Part shown: piece by piece, positions 36,296-48,093 of the stretch
How positions within the stretch are numbered: position 1 is the first letter of the stretch
Layout of the letters: each line of letters starts with the position of its first letter
From: Veleropilina oligotropha
Taxonomy: Eukaryota
DNA: 64,000 bases
Direction: 5' to 3'
NCBI GenBank assembly: GCA_048128005.1
Contig: JBEUKZ010000137.1
Span: 1 to 64,000 of the forward strand
Position numbers and translations under genes: made by a program
The notes under the pieces: model-generated
Databases searched by the model: none
What the model was told of the DNA's origin: nothing
Seen by the model: only the letters and a program-made list of their open reading frames with translations

Positions 36296-39200
36296 GTACA
36301 TTTACCATTATATAAACCTTTTTAAAAACATTGACCAATATACATTCATTGATTTGTTTTATTCGTATCATAACTTATTTTATTCGTAGTTGCATATTTT
36401 ACTGATGCTGACATTATTTGGCTTTGACATTGTTTAGTATTTTTTATTGCTTTGCATCATTTTGTTTTATTGCTGTACATCATCTATTGTATTTCATTAT
36501 TTAACAATGACATTGTTCTTATTACTTAATGTTTTATTGCTGTACATATTATTGTTTTAGTAGTTTACATCATTTTGTTTTTATGGCTTTATATCATTTT
36601 ATTGTTTGTCTTTTATTTAACATTATTCTCGTCGCGTTATGGCACCGCTGTGCTCACAGCGACGATAAACTATACTCACTCACTCACCCGATTATGGGAG
36701 CATAGTATATAGCTCTGCTCGCCATTCATATCTTAAAATGCTTGATCCAATCCATAATCAAGGGCTTCGACTTGCACTAGGGGCTTTTCGCACATCACCC
36801 ATGGGAAGCCAATGAACCATCTCTTACACACAGACGTGAAAAATTATCACTGCAATATGCAATCAAATTAAAATCACACCCATCTAACCCAGCTTTCGAA
36901 ACCGTATTTACACCTAATTACGAAAATTTATTTCTGGCAAAACCAAACAAAATTGCACCATTCGGCATTCGCATAAAACCTGCACTAGAAAGCTCTGGCA
37001 TACATGTAGCTCAAATTAGAACAATTTACATTCCGGATACTCCCCCATGGACACTTAGGGTGCCGGAAATTGACCTACATCTTACATCACTAAAAAAATC
37101 AAACACAGACACATCAGACTATGTCATAAAAGTGCACGATCTGAAATTAAAATATTCAGATCGTGCAAGCATATACACAGATGGTTCAAAAGATGCAGAA
37201 TTAGTAGGAGCAGCCGCTGTCACTGGCAGACAATGTTTTCAAAACCGTCTGCCAGGCAGCGCGACTATATTTACTGCAGAATTGAAGGCAATCGAGCTTG
37301 CGCTCAATTTTATCTCAATGAGTAATAGCAAGCGTTTTATTATCTATTCAGACTCCCTCTCTAGCTTACAGGCATTGAGGGGAGTGAATAGAAACCCTAT
37401 TATTTTAGATATTTTAATTAAATATAATCACCTTTTACCGGATAATGACATTATTTTATGCTGGATACCGAGCCATATCGGTATCCAGGGTAATGAGAAG
37501 GCTGACCAAGCTGCCAAGGCAGCCTCGCATTTTAACCATACACTAAATTGTAAACTGCCTCATACTGATTTTAAACAAAGCATAAACAAATATATAAATT
37601 CTACTTGGCAGCACTCTTGGAGTGAATGCACAAGGAATAAACTGCAGAATGTCCAACCTCTACTTGGCGAATGGGGGCCCCTCTTGCAGACCAACGCGGC
37701 GAGAGGTCGTCCTGGCCAGACTGAGGATTGGGCATTCTCACTACACTCACTCCTACTTGCTTAAAGGGGAGCCTCCACCTGAGTGTATTCCTTGTGCAAC
37801 TGCCCTAACAATCAAACATATATTATTTGATTGTGTCGATTTGGATCTCGCACGCCAAAAGTACTTTAGGGCAAGCTCACTCCAAGAGTTATTTCAATTC
37901 ACTAAGCTCGAATTAATATTTGAGTTTTTAAAACAAGTAAATATTTTCTACAAGTTATAATTTTATATTTTTATTTCACAATTCTATATCTTGTTTTATT
38001 ATTATACTTGTTTTTATCAACCTTTTTATTATTTCCAAATTTTGGTATTTTATTGCTTTTATTGTATTTTATTGTTTTTTACCTAAATTTGCAATGGCTT
38101 TATTTTATTTGGAAGGATATTGATTTGTTTTATTTGCATCTGTTTTATTTTTATCAGTATGTAACATTTTATATTAAATTTTTATCTAGTTAAATTGACC
38201 GACCCGATTATGACCATATAGTGTCGGCGTGGTCGTTAAACAACAATTCAAATCAAAAGCATCTTTAAGTGAAGACCCACAAGGTTCTGTATTGGGCCCC
38301 CAATGCTGTTTCTCATATTTCGTACTGGAATTTAAAAGACACGAGTTATTTTTAGCCATAATTATTTAGCCTGTGAAAGAGAGTGAGAGGAATTGCAGTT
38401 ATAAGCAGCACTAGGACCCAAGGTTGATTACATCACGGCATCTCTAGTAGGTAATTTTGTTTTACGACCACTGGGGCAATTTTTCAGCCATAACGCAGTC
38501 GGGACACCCGGTTTAAGGTCTCACTCCGATCTGACCGACATACATTAGGGATATGCCTTCTATTAGTTTTAAGCCTTAGAATAAGCCAGGCCGGAGTGGG
38601 TTTGAACTCACTCCTACACGTCCCTCGCATCTCTAGTAAACTAGATTGCAGAAACAAATTGTACAGAATTTTAAATGTCCGAAACAATTAACTGTTTATA
38701 CACAATTGCAATTTTTTTAACATATTTTAGATCACCATAATGTCATTGATGAAGTGGATCTGGTCATTGTCATTGTGTGTGAATATGCAGGATAAACACT
38801 GTTACACAGTTTTCAACCAGTGATTATGTGCGAATTCTGATAATTGATTTCGTGCTTCTCACATATCCACTGACTCTTAAGCAAGGTCTAACATACGTAA
38901 CTTAAAGGGGAAGTTTACTAAATCCAAATGCCTTGCATATTGTTTTATTATTATTTAATAACTTATTAGCGTAACTCAAGATATACATGCTGGCGCTGGA
39001 ACAAGTGGAAGGCACAGCATAATTTATGCCATGTCGCCTTTGGTGGGCTTAAAATTTCCTTGTGTCAAAAAATGACATATTTAATACACGATGATAATAT
39101 AGTTATCTTTTCAGCAGTTCATAAAGTAAATGAATATAAAATTCAAATAACACATACCGCATTTTCCAAACTCAATTTAATTTTATACATTTTAAATATC

Positions 39201-41400
39201 ACCATGAAGATTTTTCTAAATTCTAACGATTGCAGTTCTGCTACTGTCATCACAAATTTACGATCGAAAAAATTCATGACTGACAGCTTAGGGTACCGGT
39301 AATCAGAGTGAATGCATTTCATCTGATCCTTCAATATGAGATGCTGGCATCATGATTGATATAGGAATATCACTTTGACAGTCTTTAACCTGCATTCAAG
39401 CTAACTTTACTTCTGATCGTGCACATATATATAGTAAATTGTTGTTTTTGATATGTCAGTTGATATGAATATTATGGATATATCATGACTTTGTATCACA
39501 GAGATAAGTTAAATCTTACCTTGCAAAATTGATGAAAGTTGATCGCCAACTGCTGTGGTAAGAAAGTACGAGATGTCGGAACTTTCGCACAAATCGCATT
39601 TTGCAACATTTAATGTTCCGTTGTAATGGAGGCAAACATTGCAATAGTAATGATGATTGATCGGACCGCTTGTGTTCATCAAAAATTCCTTTAAGTGTGT
39701 AAATGTACCTTGAAAATTGTTTTCTGCTGGGCAATGCAATTCAATGAGGTTCAGCAGGCCATTCAATGTTTCTCTTGTCAAGTTGTTTCTCATGGAATAA
39801 GCTATTGTCAGGAACATGCTCATGGATGTTGTAAGCCGCGATCCTTCATACAATAACTTGTCTCCTGGTATATCGAATGATGGTTTCACATCAGCCTCAT
39901 CAAAATATGAACTTTCTTCATTTTCCATTTCATTGAGATTGTTATAGGGTTCTTTTGTTGCATCATCTGACAGAAGATCACTATGGTTAGACTCTGCAAC
40001 TGAAAGAACATACAAATAAAAGTAAAGAACAAAAATTGTATTTTGAATATTATTTCCGAAATATGTAGATAATTTCAATTTAATTTAACAACACATTTGT
40101 TAACCAATTTCTAATGGTTTATTTACTCTATTAGAGATTGGAAAGGTTGAGAGCTGGGTATATGCTCGTTTACATTTAGTACTTTCTTGCATTAAAGCTG
40201 GTGCCAGGAATATTTCCCATGAATGAGCGTCAAGGCTATAACGTATTTCCATTGTAGGCCTACAGTCACAGATTCAATTCATTTAATCGAATTAGGTCTG
40301 ACTTATCGGACTATGTGCAATGATACGTAAAATATCACTTTGAATTATTACTAACATGGTTGTTGCCAAGAATTTGAACGAGGGGGGGATGGTCGAAATT
40401 TATATTCCCAATAGGGGACCGACCACACGTAGGATAATTTGATAACTAGCCTAAACTATACGAAACCCCACTCCTGTGTTGTCGAAGCGCAAATGGGGTA
40501 CATTTTACGTTTATCAACTTTATGGGTCATTAACTGGGAACCATTTTCATCTATTTCAGTATTTGCACATGTAGGCCTATATGATTATGAGTAAACAGAC
40601 GCTAAGCTCACCAATATTATATTTCAATTTTACGCATATGTTGTCAATCTTGTTAGATAATAGTGGACTTACCATTGTCAATCGAGAGTTCTTCGTCATT
40701 GTACGACTTTTCGAAATCTACTGCATTCCTCGTTGTTTGGAGGGTTGTCTTCGATTGTTTCCACCATTTTGTCATTCGTGAGCCGCTTGTCCCATCATGT
40801 TCGTCTTCTGTTCTAGGCGCGTATGGGCCACGTTTAGATCGTTTCATATTTATGTTGCCGTTAATTTCATAAAATATATTGCAATACTGTATAGGCTATA
40901 TAAAATATAATTTAACTCCACGGCGAACACCAGTAACCACATGCGACTCTGCACATAATGCGGATGCGCTTGCGCGCGTTCAAGATGCAAAACGCGGCGA
41001 GACCAAAATGGCTGACGATTGGCCGACTTTTAATATTAAAAGCATGGACTGTCAAATTTATTTTGCAACATTTAATTGGAGGCATTTATGAGTCATAAAA
41101 TAATATACAAGAATTTTGTTCTCTTATTTAACATTACAAAACTTTTTTCGAAAACGTTTTCAGAGACGGTATTGAACGCAATGCTGTTGTCTAATTTCCG
41201 GTTCTGCAGAGGCCAAAAATAACTGCGGTGCCGATTAGTGCAACGGTTTGTTGTGAACCCCACTTAATTGGTCAACATGGATACTTCGTTTTCTAAACAC
41301 ACGTCCGATTGGACAACATTTTGCGCCAATTTTGAATACACATTCCTCCCCGCAAAGAAACACTGAGAAGGCCGGGTCATCGTCATTCTCAGATCGCATC

Positions 41401-41569
41401 ATGACGCTGTACGCCATATTTCAATGGGAAGACCTATTTATCAACATCGTGGATCTTAGCAGGGTGGTGACACCCCGAAAAGAAATTAATCAGTATTACG
41501 AAGGCGAAATGGTTAAGATGAAGTACGCAGATGGAAGGCTATACAAAGCCAGGATCAGCGAAATCAGCG
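41401..41569 (+). CDS. First exon of a probable EnSpm accessory gene divergent from the transposase
   Basis: MTLYAIFQWEDLFINIVDLSRVV...VKMKYADGRLYKARISEIS followed by a G|GTAAG donor; head-to-head with the transposase ATG 550 bp away; later exons not found. Confidence 0.45.
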
Positions 41570-41849
41570 GTAAGTTATCCTTCTTCCAAAATGCATATTG
41601 CATTGCTGGTGCAACCTTGTGTTAGGGTTAGTTACAGAATATCGCGCGGAGAAAATCAGCAAACCAGGATCTAATAAAACTATTAGAACTCATTATATAG
41701 GCCTATCCATTCAATATTGTCCGTAGAAACTCAGCATAAATCATAGTCGTCCGGATTTCGCCCGCATATTTTGAATAGAGCTACCACGGGCTATTGACGC
41801 TAGCCAGATAGATTATAGCCATCCATGAGGTTAAAATTTCTCCATCGTA

Positions 41850-42380
41850 AATCTAATTTTCTCGATCTTAACGCCAATAAATTATTGTGATCTGCACTCC
41901 TCCAGTGTCATTATAATTATGCCTGCTCCTTTTGGTACTCATGCAAGCTAGTCTTAGTAAACACACTAAATCCAAACTACAAATTTCGCAGAACAAATTG
42001 GTTAGGTCACTCTAAATTTACCGCCAAGAACGCATTTATCTTTAGAACATTTCAAAAACTTAGGGTGGCTTCCAATAGAACAAAGAGTAGAGCAATTAAA
42101 ATTAAATCACGTTTATAGAGTGTTGTATGGCAATTCACCAAATTCTAGTCAAAGTTTGTTTGTTTTAAAAAAAGGTCAAAAATTTCATTTATGATCGATT
42201 GCTTATACAAGAATCTAGTGATTTCATTTTATATTAGTAATATATGCTCAGTTTTAAATTTGTAATTGCCCCAGTCCCTGTCATATCTTGTACATTTTAT
42301 TTTTATATTGAGGACCACAATGGAAATAAGTTATTTCAGCTTTTTGTGTAATCCTTGGCATAATGTCCATATTGTTGATT
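41850..42380 (+). pseudogene. Degenerate L2/Crack-like LINE 3' fragment
   Basis: QCHYNYACSFWYS..SKHTKSKLQISQNKLVR..LNLPPRTH..LGWLPIEQRVEQLKLNHVY reconstructed across frameshifts. Confidence 0.6.
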
Positions 42381-43067
42381 TTTAAAATTTACCGAAATTC
42401 AACTTTACATATTCCGAGAATACACGAACAGCTTCAGTAGCAAGAACACTGATCGGGAAAACGACGGAAATAGACGAATGCATACAGCATTGTGTACAAT
42501 TTCATTATAAAGTCAAAAGCACTTTCCGAATAATTATTTATAAAAGCGTATACATATGCAAATAAAATAATTAAATGGATGTCAAATGCAACATTCTGTT
42601 GATATGGCGCGTGTATTCTCTCAAGTTCTACTTAGAGATCGACGGACGATTTTGTGAGGCAAAATGTAATGATATAAGCGGCTATGTGATATAAGCGGCC
42701 TACTATGTGGTTATTATGGTCCGCTTTGTCGCTTTGCGTGCCGACAAGTGATACAAAAGTCCGCTTTTATAAGATTATCTCAAGTAATAAACATGAGTAA
42801 TTAATTGCCATGTTTTGGGTTGTATCGTCAAGTATTGATATTCTAATTCACTAGCGCGATACATCATGGTCACAAATAAATGGCGATATATCGATGATAT
42901 CGCCCCACCACTATTTTTATTGAGGTTTTCAATATTTTGAACTTGTCATAGACTTAGTACATTTATAAGTACACTGCCACTGTACAGCTGCATTTCCATC
43001 TATTAGTCTTGTAAACTGACAAAACTCAAATCACTTGGCAAACTTATACCGGGGGCATATCCGGTAG

Positions 43068-46008
43068 CCGGTCAATTGGGCGCACGGTCGATTGGGCGAG
43101 GGCAATTTGGCGCGCCCAATTGACCTTTTCATATTTTGTCATCAGGATATATACCGCTTATCAAAAAAACGAAATTTATACTTTGTTGTCAGGATATAAT
43201 ATTATTATAAAACTGTCACACTCCCAGGCGGAGGGTATTTCCTTGTCATTTCTTTAAATGTCGCCAATTTGTTTACAAATCAGAAGCTCGACGGCGACCA
43301 TTTCATTTTAATGACAATTAACACATTAATTACGATAAGAAAAATAATTTTTTGGCATGTAATTGCTATAATACAAAAAAAATCATAAAAGAATAAAATA
43401 AATTACGCAAATAATCAAAAAGATAATTAGATAGAACTAAAATGAAAAAAAATATATATAGCCTAGGTCAACAATTTATGCAAAACGATTACTTAAAAAT
43501 GACAAAGTACATACGATATTTACCATGATATAAATATATAAAAAATATAGTATATTTCATGTAAAATAATATAGCCTATTTTTCGAAAACGATTACTTAA
43601 AAATAACAAAGTACGATATTTGCACAAAACCATTCATGCTACAAATAAGGATTTAAAAAATGTATATTACGAAACTAATCATAATAATAAAATAAGAAAA
43701 TGCAACCTTTTATTATTTACATATATACACAATATTTACATATATATATAATGTACATTGACATCGGCACAAAAACGCTTTTGGCTTTTCTACTCGATTG
43801 GCAAAGGTGCCACACGACAAACGCTTTTCAAGGTTTGCCTTCCCGTTCTTTCCTTGGCAATAAGACGGTCCCATGCGGCGAACAGGGTTCTCGTGTTGCG
43901 AGTCGAGCGCTGTCTTCGCGTCATGTGCGACTCTCGCAGAAGCTGCATCTCCATGTCCGCGATAGTTGATTCTTGAGCAAGCAGGGACATCAACAAGTAC
44001 ATGTTGAGGTCGCCCCTGCTTGCCCGACCGTTAAGTCGACGATGCCACCCCTCCACGTCATTGTTCGTTCTTATCGAACAGAAGAACACAGACCTGAAAA
44101 ATAGAGAATATTTTAGTAAATGTTATAGTTATTTACAGTGAAAACAGTATCAAATAATCTTTTTATGGAGGGGTACAACGAATTGCAAATACTATGAACT
44201 TCCTAGTACAAAACTAAATCTGCATGTTATTTCTGTAAGCTTACCATGTGGAGGGGGGCCACAGCGTACTCTCGACCCACGTCCGAGAAATGTAGTCAAG
44301 GAGGCTGCGTTGCGCCTCACTCGCAGCCTCCTCTCGAAGCTCACGCAAAACGCCCGAGATTAACTCCGCTGGCAAGTATGGAAGGGCCAGCACTTGACGG
44401 AAGTAGAAGTTTGCAGTCGCGTCTGCATTGAAGAGAGTCTGCAGACCGAGCATCTCTATGCCTGGGAATTCTGTAAATATAAAGGGGTTAGTTGTATAAG
44501 ATAAGTAACATTGCAAATACACGCATGTAAGACATCTAAATGTTGCATATGTTCACAATTTTGTTTATTAATTCATTAATTTATGGATTCTTACATATAA
44601 GTTTGTATACTGAATGGTAACCTTGATAAATTAATAATTCTATAATTTCTGTATTGTACAAAGTAAATAGGACAGTAAATATGTTTACCTGCTGGAAAAG
44701 CTCTCCAAACAGAAGACTCAAAGTCTCCCACGACGCTTTCAAATTTCCAGGGATCGGCGGCATCGGATCCTTCCCGTAGTAATTGTTTGAGGGCTTGGAG
44801 AACACACCTGTAAAACGGGTAAAGATGAAAGTTATACATTTACTTAATATATTTTCGAAAATGGATTTTATTCAATAAAGTATAGATTGTTAAGAGAATG
44901 TAAATACATCAGTATTATAATTATATTTTATACGTTAAGAAGAAATGAATATCCTTACCTGTAGTCCTGCTTCCTCTTTCCAGACATGAGGACGTATAAC
45001 AACGGCAGCTGCTTGGTCTTGTCCTCGCCCCTAGCGAACGCATGAATACTCCATAGCTGCGTAAAGGGAAGCTTTACCACCTGCAACAAGATTGTGAAGA
45101 CCGTTAAAACAATAGAAACAAGCGCATCCGAGAGGAAGCATAGTTGAGCCTTGTAAAGTCATCGCGGACACACACCACACAGACAGACATACACAACATA
45201 GACAACCCCAATACAATAGTTTCTTCGTAAACAGCTCAACTAATAAGTTTATTGAAATTATAATTAGTAGTGAATATGCCCAGTTAGCCTCATATAATTA
45301 ACGTAATTCGTTATCGCGTTTATCACATGTACAATTGAATTACAACATTATATCTTGAATAATTATATGCTCACCTTAAAAGTTCCATCGACGTACCATC
45401 GTCGAGCTCTGCCTAAGATCTCCAGCTGCCTGGCCGTGTACATCAGGAGATGACGTCGCTCGCCCTCGTGTATATAAAAAATAAGCATATCGTCAGGAAC
45501 ATTGTCGTAGTCTAGATCGAATGCTAAATCGCTTGGATGACGTGGTCGGTCGATTTGACGGTGGCGGTTCGCGATCCTGCCAAGCTGACTCACAGGACAT
45601 TGGTTTGGAACGCGTCCTTTATCTATAAAAGATTTTGAATATCATATAAATGTTAGTATGTATCTAGACAAATAAGTATTTACAGCTACTAAATTATGAA
45701 GTGATATATTGCAAAGAAAATTACATACAGCATTTATATATGTTATGGCTGTGAGATTTGATTGAAATCCAAAGGGCTTATTAGTACCCAGGATAAATAT
45801 TTGTAATTCTTTAATAACAAACAATGTGAGCTGTCGTGTTGTATTCTTACCAACAATCATATCCTCGGCTATCGTGAAGGCGGATTGAAAGGGGTTTCGT
45901 CGTGCAGCCGCTTTCAAGTCTCGTATCAAAGTTGTCTTCTTGAGGAGACTTGATTCAGGGGCGTGAGTGTGAGAATGTGGGCCACGTTGAAAGTTGCTGC
46001 CATCCTGT
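43068..46008 (-). pseudogene. Spliced MULE/Mutator transposase pseudogene with 3' TIR; 5' part lost at the A4 junction
   Basis: Exons ~46008-45851 (HSHTHAP, end of FLYWCH-like domain), 45622-45375 (RRWYVDGTFK), 45080-44960 (QLWSIHAF..QLPLLYVLMSGK), ~44807-44689 (GDFE), ~44470-44244, ~44093-43790 (RTNNDVEGWH); TIR-like GGTCAATTGGGCG repeats at 43068-43130. Confidence 0.85.
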
Positions 46009-46539
46009 CCCCCCCAGTCGGTTAGGGGTTAGAATATGCCGACTGCTCTCCCTGCAGAGGGGTAAGATCCCCCCAAATGGGAGCCACCTGTTTGCCGTGG
46101 GTGGCGACCCGTGATGTTGGAGAAGAGGATCCTGGTAGTTGAGCTTCAGCCTCGGCTGAAGCAACACACTACTTTGGCCTCGGATTCAGCTAGACGGGAG
46201 GTCAGATAGGCCCTATCTGATCAATCGGCTTGTCACGCCGTGCCCTGGGATAACATTAACCATAATTTATAACATCATTTAATTTTACATTTAATACCTA
46301 ATCAAAAAGATCACGTAACATCATTGATCTATATCCCAGAAGGCGGTGGCTGAAGGGCCAATCAAGTGAGTAATGAATGGTGGGATATACACTTCCCACC
46401 ACGACATTCATTAACCATTTGAGTATATCATCCGGGTATCCCTGGCATTGGGTGCTGGAACTCCGCACCCATTAAATGCCCCCTTGTTGGGCTCCGGGGT
46501 GGGCGGGGACCTCGGGTGACGAATCAAAACACAAATAAT

Positions 46540-48093
46540 ATGGCAACACCACACCCACCAAAACGCCGGAGGAATCAACAACCTCAACCTAAATATGATT
46601 CTGATGATGATGATCTCATAAGAAAATTTCACACCATTCCATATACTTTCGAGTCATTTGAAGAAGATGCACCTTTTAAGCCAAAACCACAGACAACCAC
46701 TATTGATAACTGGCCCCGTTTCTTGACGGTCGAATCTCTAACAGATACAGATATTACAACATTGAGCCCGTTCGCCATTGCCAAGGCCTTTCTTGGCCTG
46801 GCTGGCGAACCGAAGACCGTCAAGAAACTCCGAGATGGCAAACTACTGGTCGAATGCGCCAGGAAGAGCCATGCTGAGAATCTTTTGAGAACAAAGCTAT
46901 TTGTAAATATTCCTGTAGAAATTCTCCCTCATCGGTCCTTGAATTCGTCCAAGGGGGTAATAAGATCTAGGGATCTGCAGGGATGCAGTGACCTAGAATT
47001 ACTGGAAGGTATGAAGGGTCAGGGTGTAACTAATGTTACACGCCTGACCATATTCAAGGATGGCAAGAGAGTGCCTATTAATACCATCATCTTGGATTTC
47101 AACCTTCCAGTTCTTCCCAAATCAATAAAAGCTGGATACATCAACATCCCTGTAGACCCCTACATACCGAACCCCTTGCGGTGTTTCAAATGCCAGGCAT
47201 TTGGACACCACAAGGACCGATGCAAAAGAAACTCAGCATGTGCTCGTTGCAGTGAGGAGGGTCATGATTCAGACTCCTGCTCCAAGCCACCAACCTGCTG
47301 TAATTGCAAAGGCAATCATTGCGCTTATTCTAAGGACTGCCCGAAGTGGAAGCATGAGAAAGAGATCCAGAGGGTCAAAACAATCGACCGAATCTCTTTC
47401 CCGGATGCTAGGAAACTGGTAGAATCCAGAACTCCTTCGGGCAGATCTTATGCCACAGTTGTTACAGCAAAGGAGCAGAAGCCGAACACTCGATCGTCTT
47501 CCACGCAAACGGATATCACCTGGCCATTTGGCGAAGCCTTTTTCAGTACTTTGCCATCTCGAAACATAGCATCATCATCAGAATCAACTCAAACATCAAA
47601 ACCAAAACCAATCAAACCTTCAAATAAAACTACTCGCAACTCGAAAAAAGAGACTGCTGCTGGTTCTAAAGCAGCAGTCTCAAGAACTAACATTAAACCA
47701 GACAGACAGCCCAAAGGGTCCGAGGACCCTATTAAGCTGCATAACCGCTTTGGTCACCTGATGGACACTAACGAACCATCAGATGACCAAATTGATAATA
47801 ATAATACCGATACTATCATTGAGGACCTCGCGTCCGAAATCGTTGCTGCTGCCACGAAGGGTGGGAGAGAGGCAGCAACGAAATTACACCGGCAGATGGA
47901 GAGCCCAGAACCACCCGGGCTGCTTCCTGCTGCCAACGATCCAATGGAAAGCGATCAGCCATTGGATCGCCAGCAAAAACCGAAACCTGCCATAAAGCCC
48001 GTACTTCCACCGAACAAATATACAAATTTAAACATAACAGTACACACAAATATACTAATACACACCATTAAACCAGCATGTCAGGCACAATAA
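46540..48093 (+). CDS. A4 ORF1 gag-like protein (stop TAG appears mutated to TAT, so the frame reads into the ORF2 start)
   Basis: Three CCHC knuckles; AACAAATATACA here vs AACAAATAGACA in A5. Confidence 0.85.
   Translation: MATPHPPKRRRNQQPQPKYDSDDDDLIRKFHTIPYTFESFEEDAPFKPKPQTTTIDNWPRFLTVESLTDTDITTLSPFAIAKAFLGLAGEPKTVKKLRDGKLLVECARKSHAENLLRTKLFVNIPVEILPHRSLNSSKGVIRSRDLQGCSDLELLEGMKGQGVTNVTRLTIFKDGKRVPINTIILDFNLPVLPKSIKAGYINIPVDPYIPNPLRCFKCQAFGHHKDRCKRNSACARCSEEGHDSDSCSKPPTCCNCKGNHCAYSKDCPKWKHEKEIQRVKTIDRISFPDARKLVESRTPSGRSYATVVTAKEQKPNTRSSSTQTDITWPFGEAFFSTLPSRNIASSSESTQTSKPKPIKPSNKTTRNSKKETAAGSKAAVSRTNIKPDRQPKGSEDPIKLHNRFGHLMDTNEPSDDQIDNNNTDTIIEDLASEIVAAATKGGREAATKLHRQMESPEPPGLLPAANDPMESDQPLDRQQKPKPAIKPVLPPNKYTNLNITVHTNILIHTIKPACQAQ

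Larger units (their letters stand above)
30692..36689 (+). mobile_element. Full-length I-group LINE, family B, nested in A3
   Basis: TSD GATTATGGGAGC at 30680-30691 and 36690-36701; own leader, ORF1, ORF2, 3' stem-loop and (ACTC)n tail. Confidence 0.96.
28305..37960 (+). pseudogene. A3 ORF2 remnants (28305-30691 and 36690-37960)
   Basis: APE, RT and RNase H fragments in several frames, collinear with A1 ORF2. Confidence 0.9.
26228..38257 (+). mobile_element. Full-length but decayed family A LINE, copy A3, interrupted by family B at 30692-36689
   Basis: Same leader and tail as A1; TSD AGCATCTTTAAGTG at 26214-26227 and 38258-38271; ORF2 broken by several indels and a stop at 30641-30643. Confidence 0.95.
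18096..40847 (-). pseudogene. Spliced CACTA/EnSpm transposase, five exons: 40847-40673, 39999-39520, 25104-24843, 24191-21943 (interrupted by LINE A2), 19640-18096
   Basis: All four introns are GT..AG and phase-compatible. Motifs HYYCNVC..CDLC, LQINTDGVAIFK.SSKISVWPVYAVINELPP, GLWFGKTKP..FLQPFVDE, ADAPARC..QFNGAYGCPCC, VDYMHCVLLGV, WKASELR, FNVHSLLH, LGPWWANSCFFFEDLNG; frameshifts near 24905, 24095 and 19035. Confidence 0.85.
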
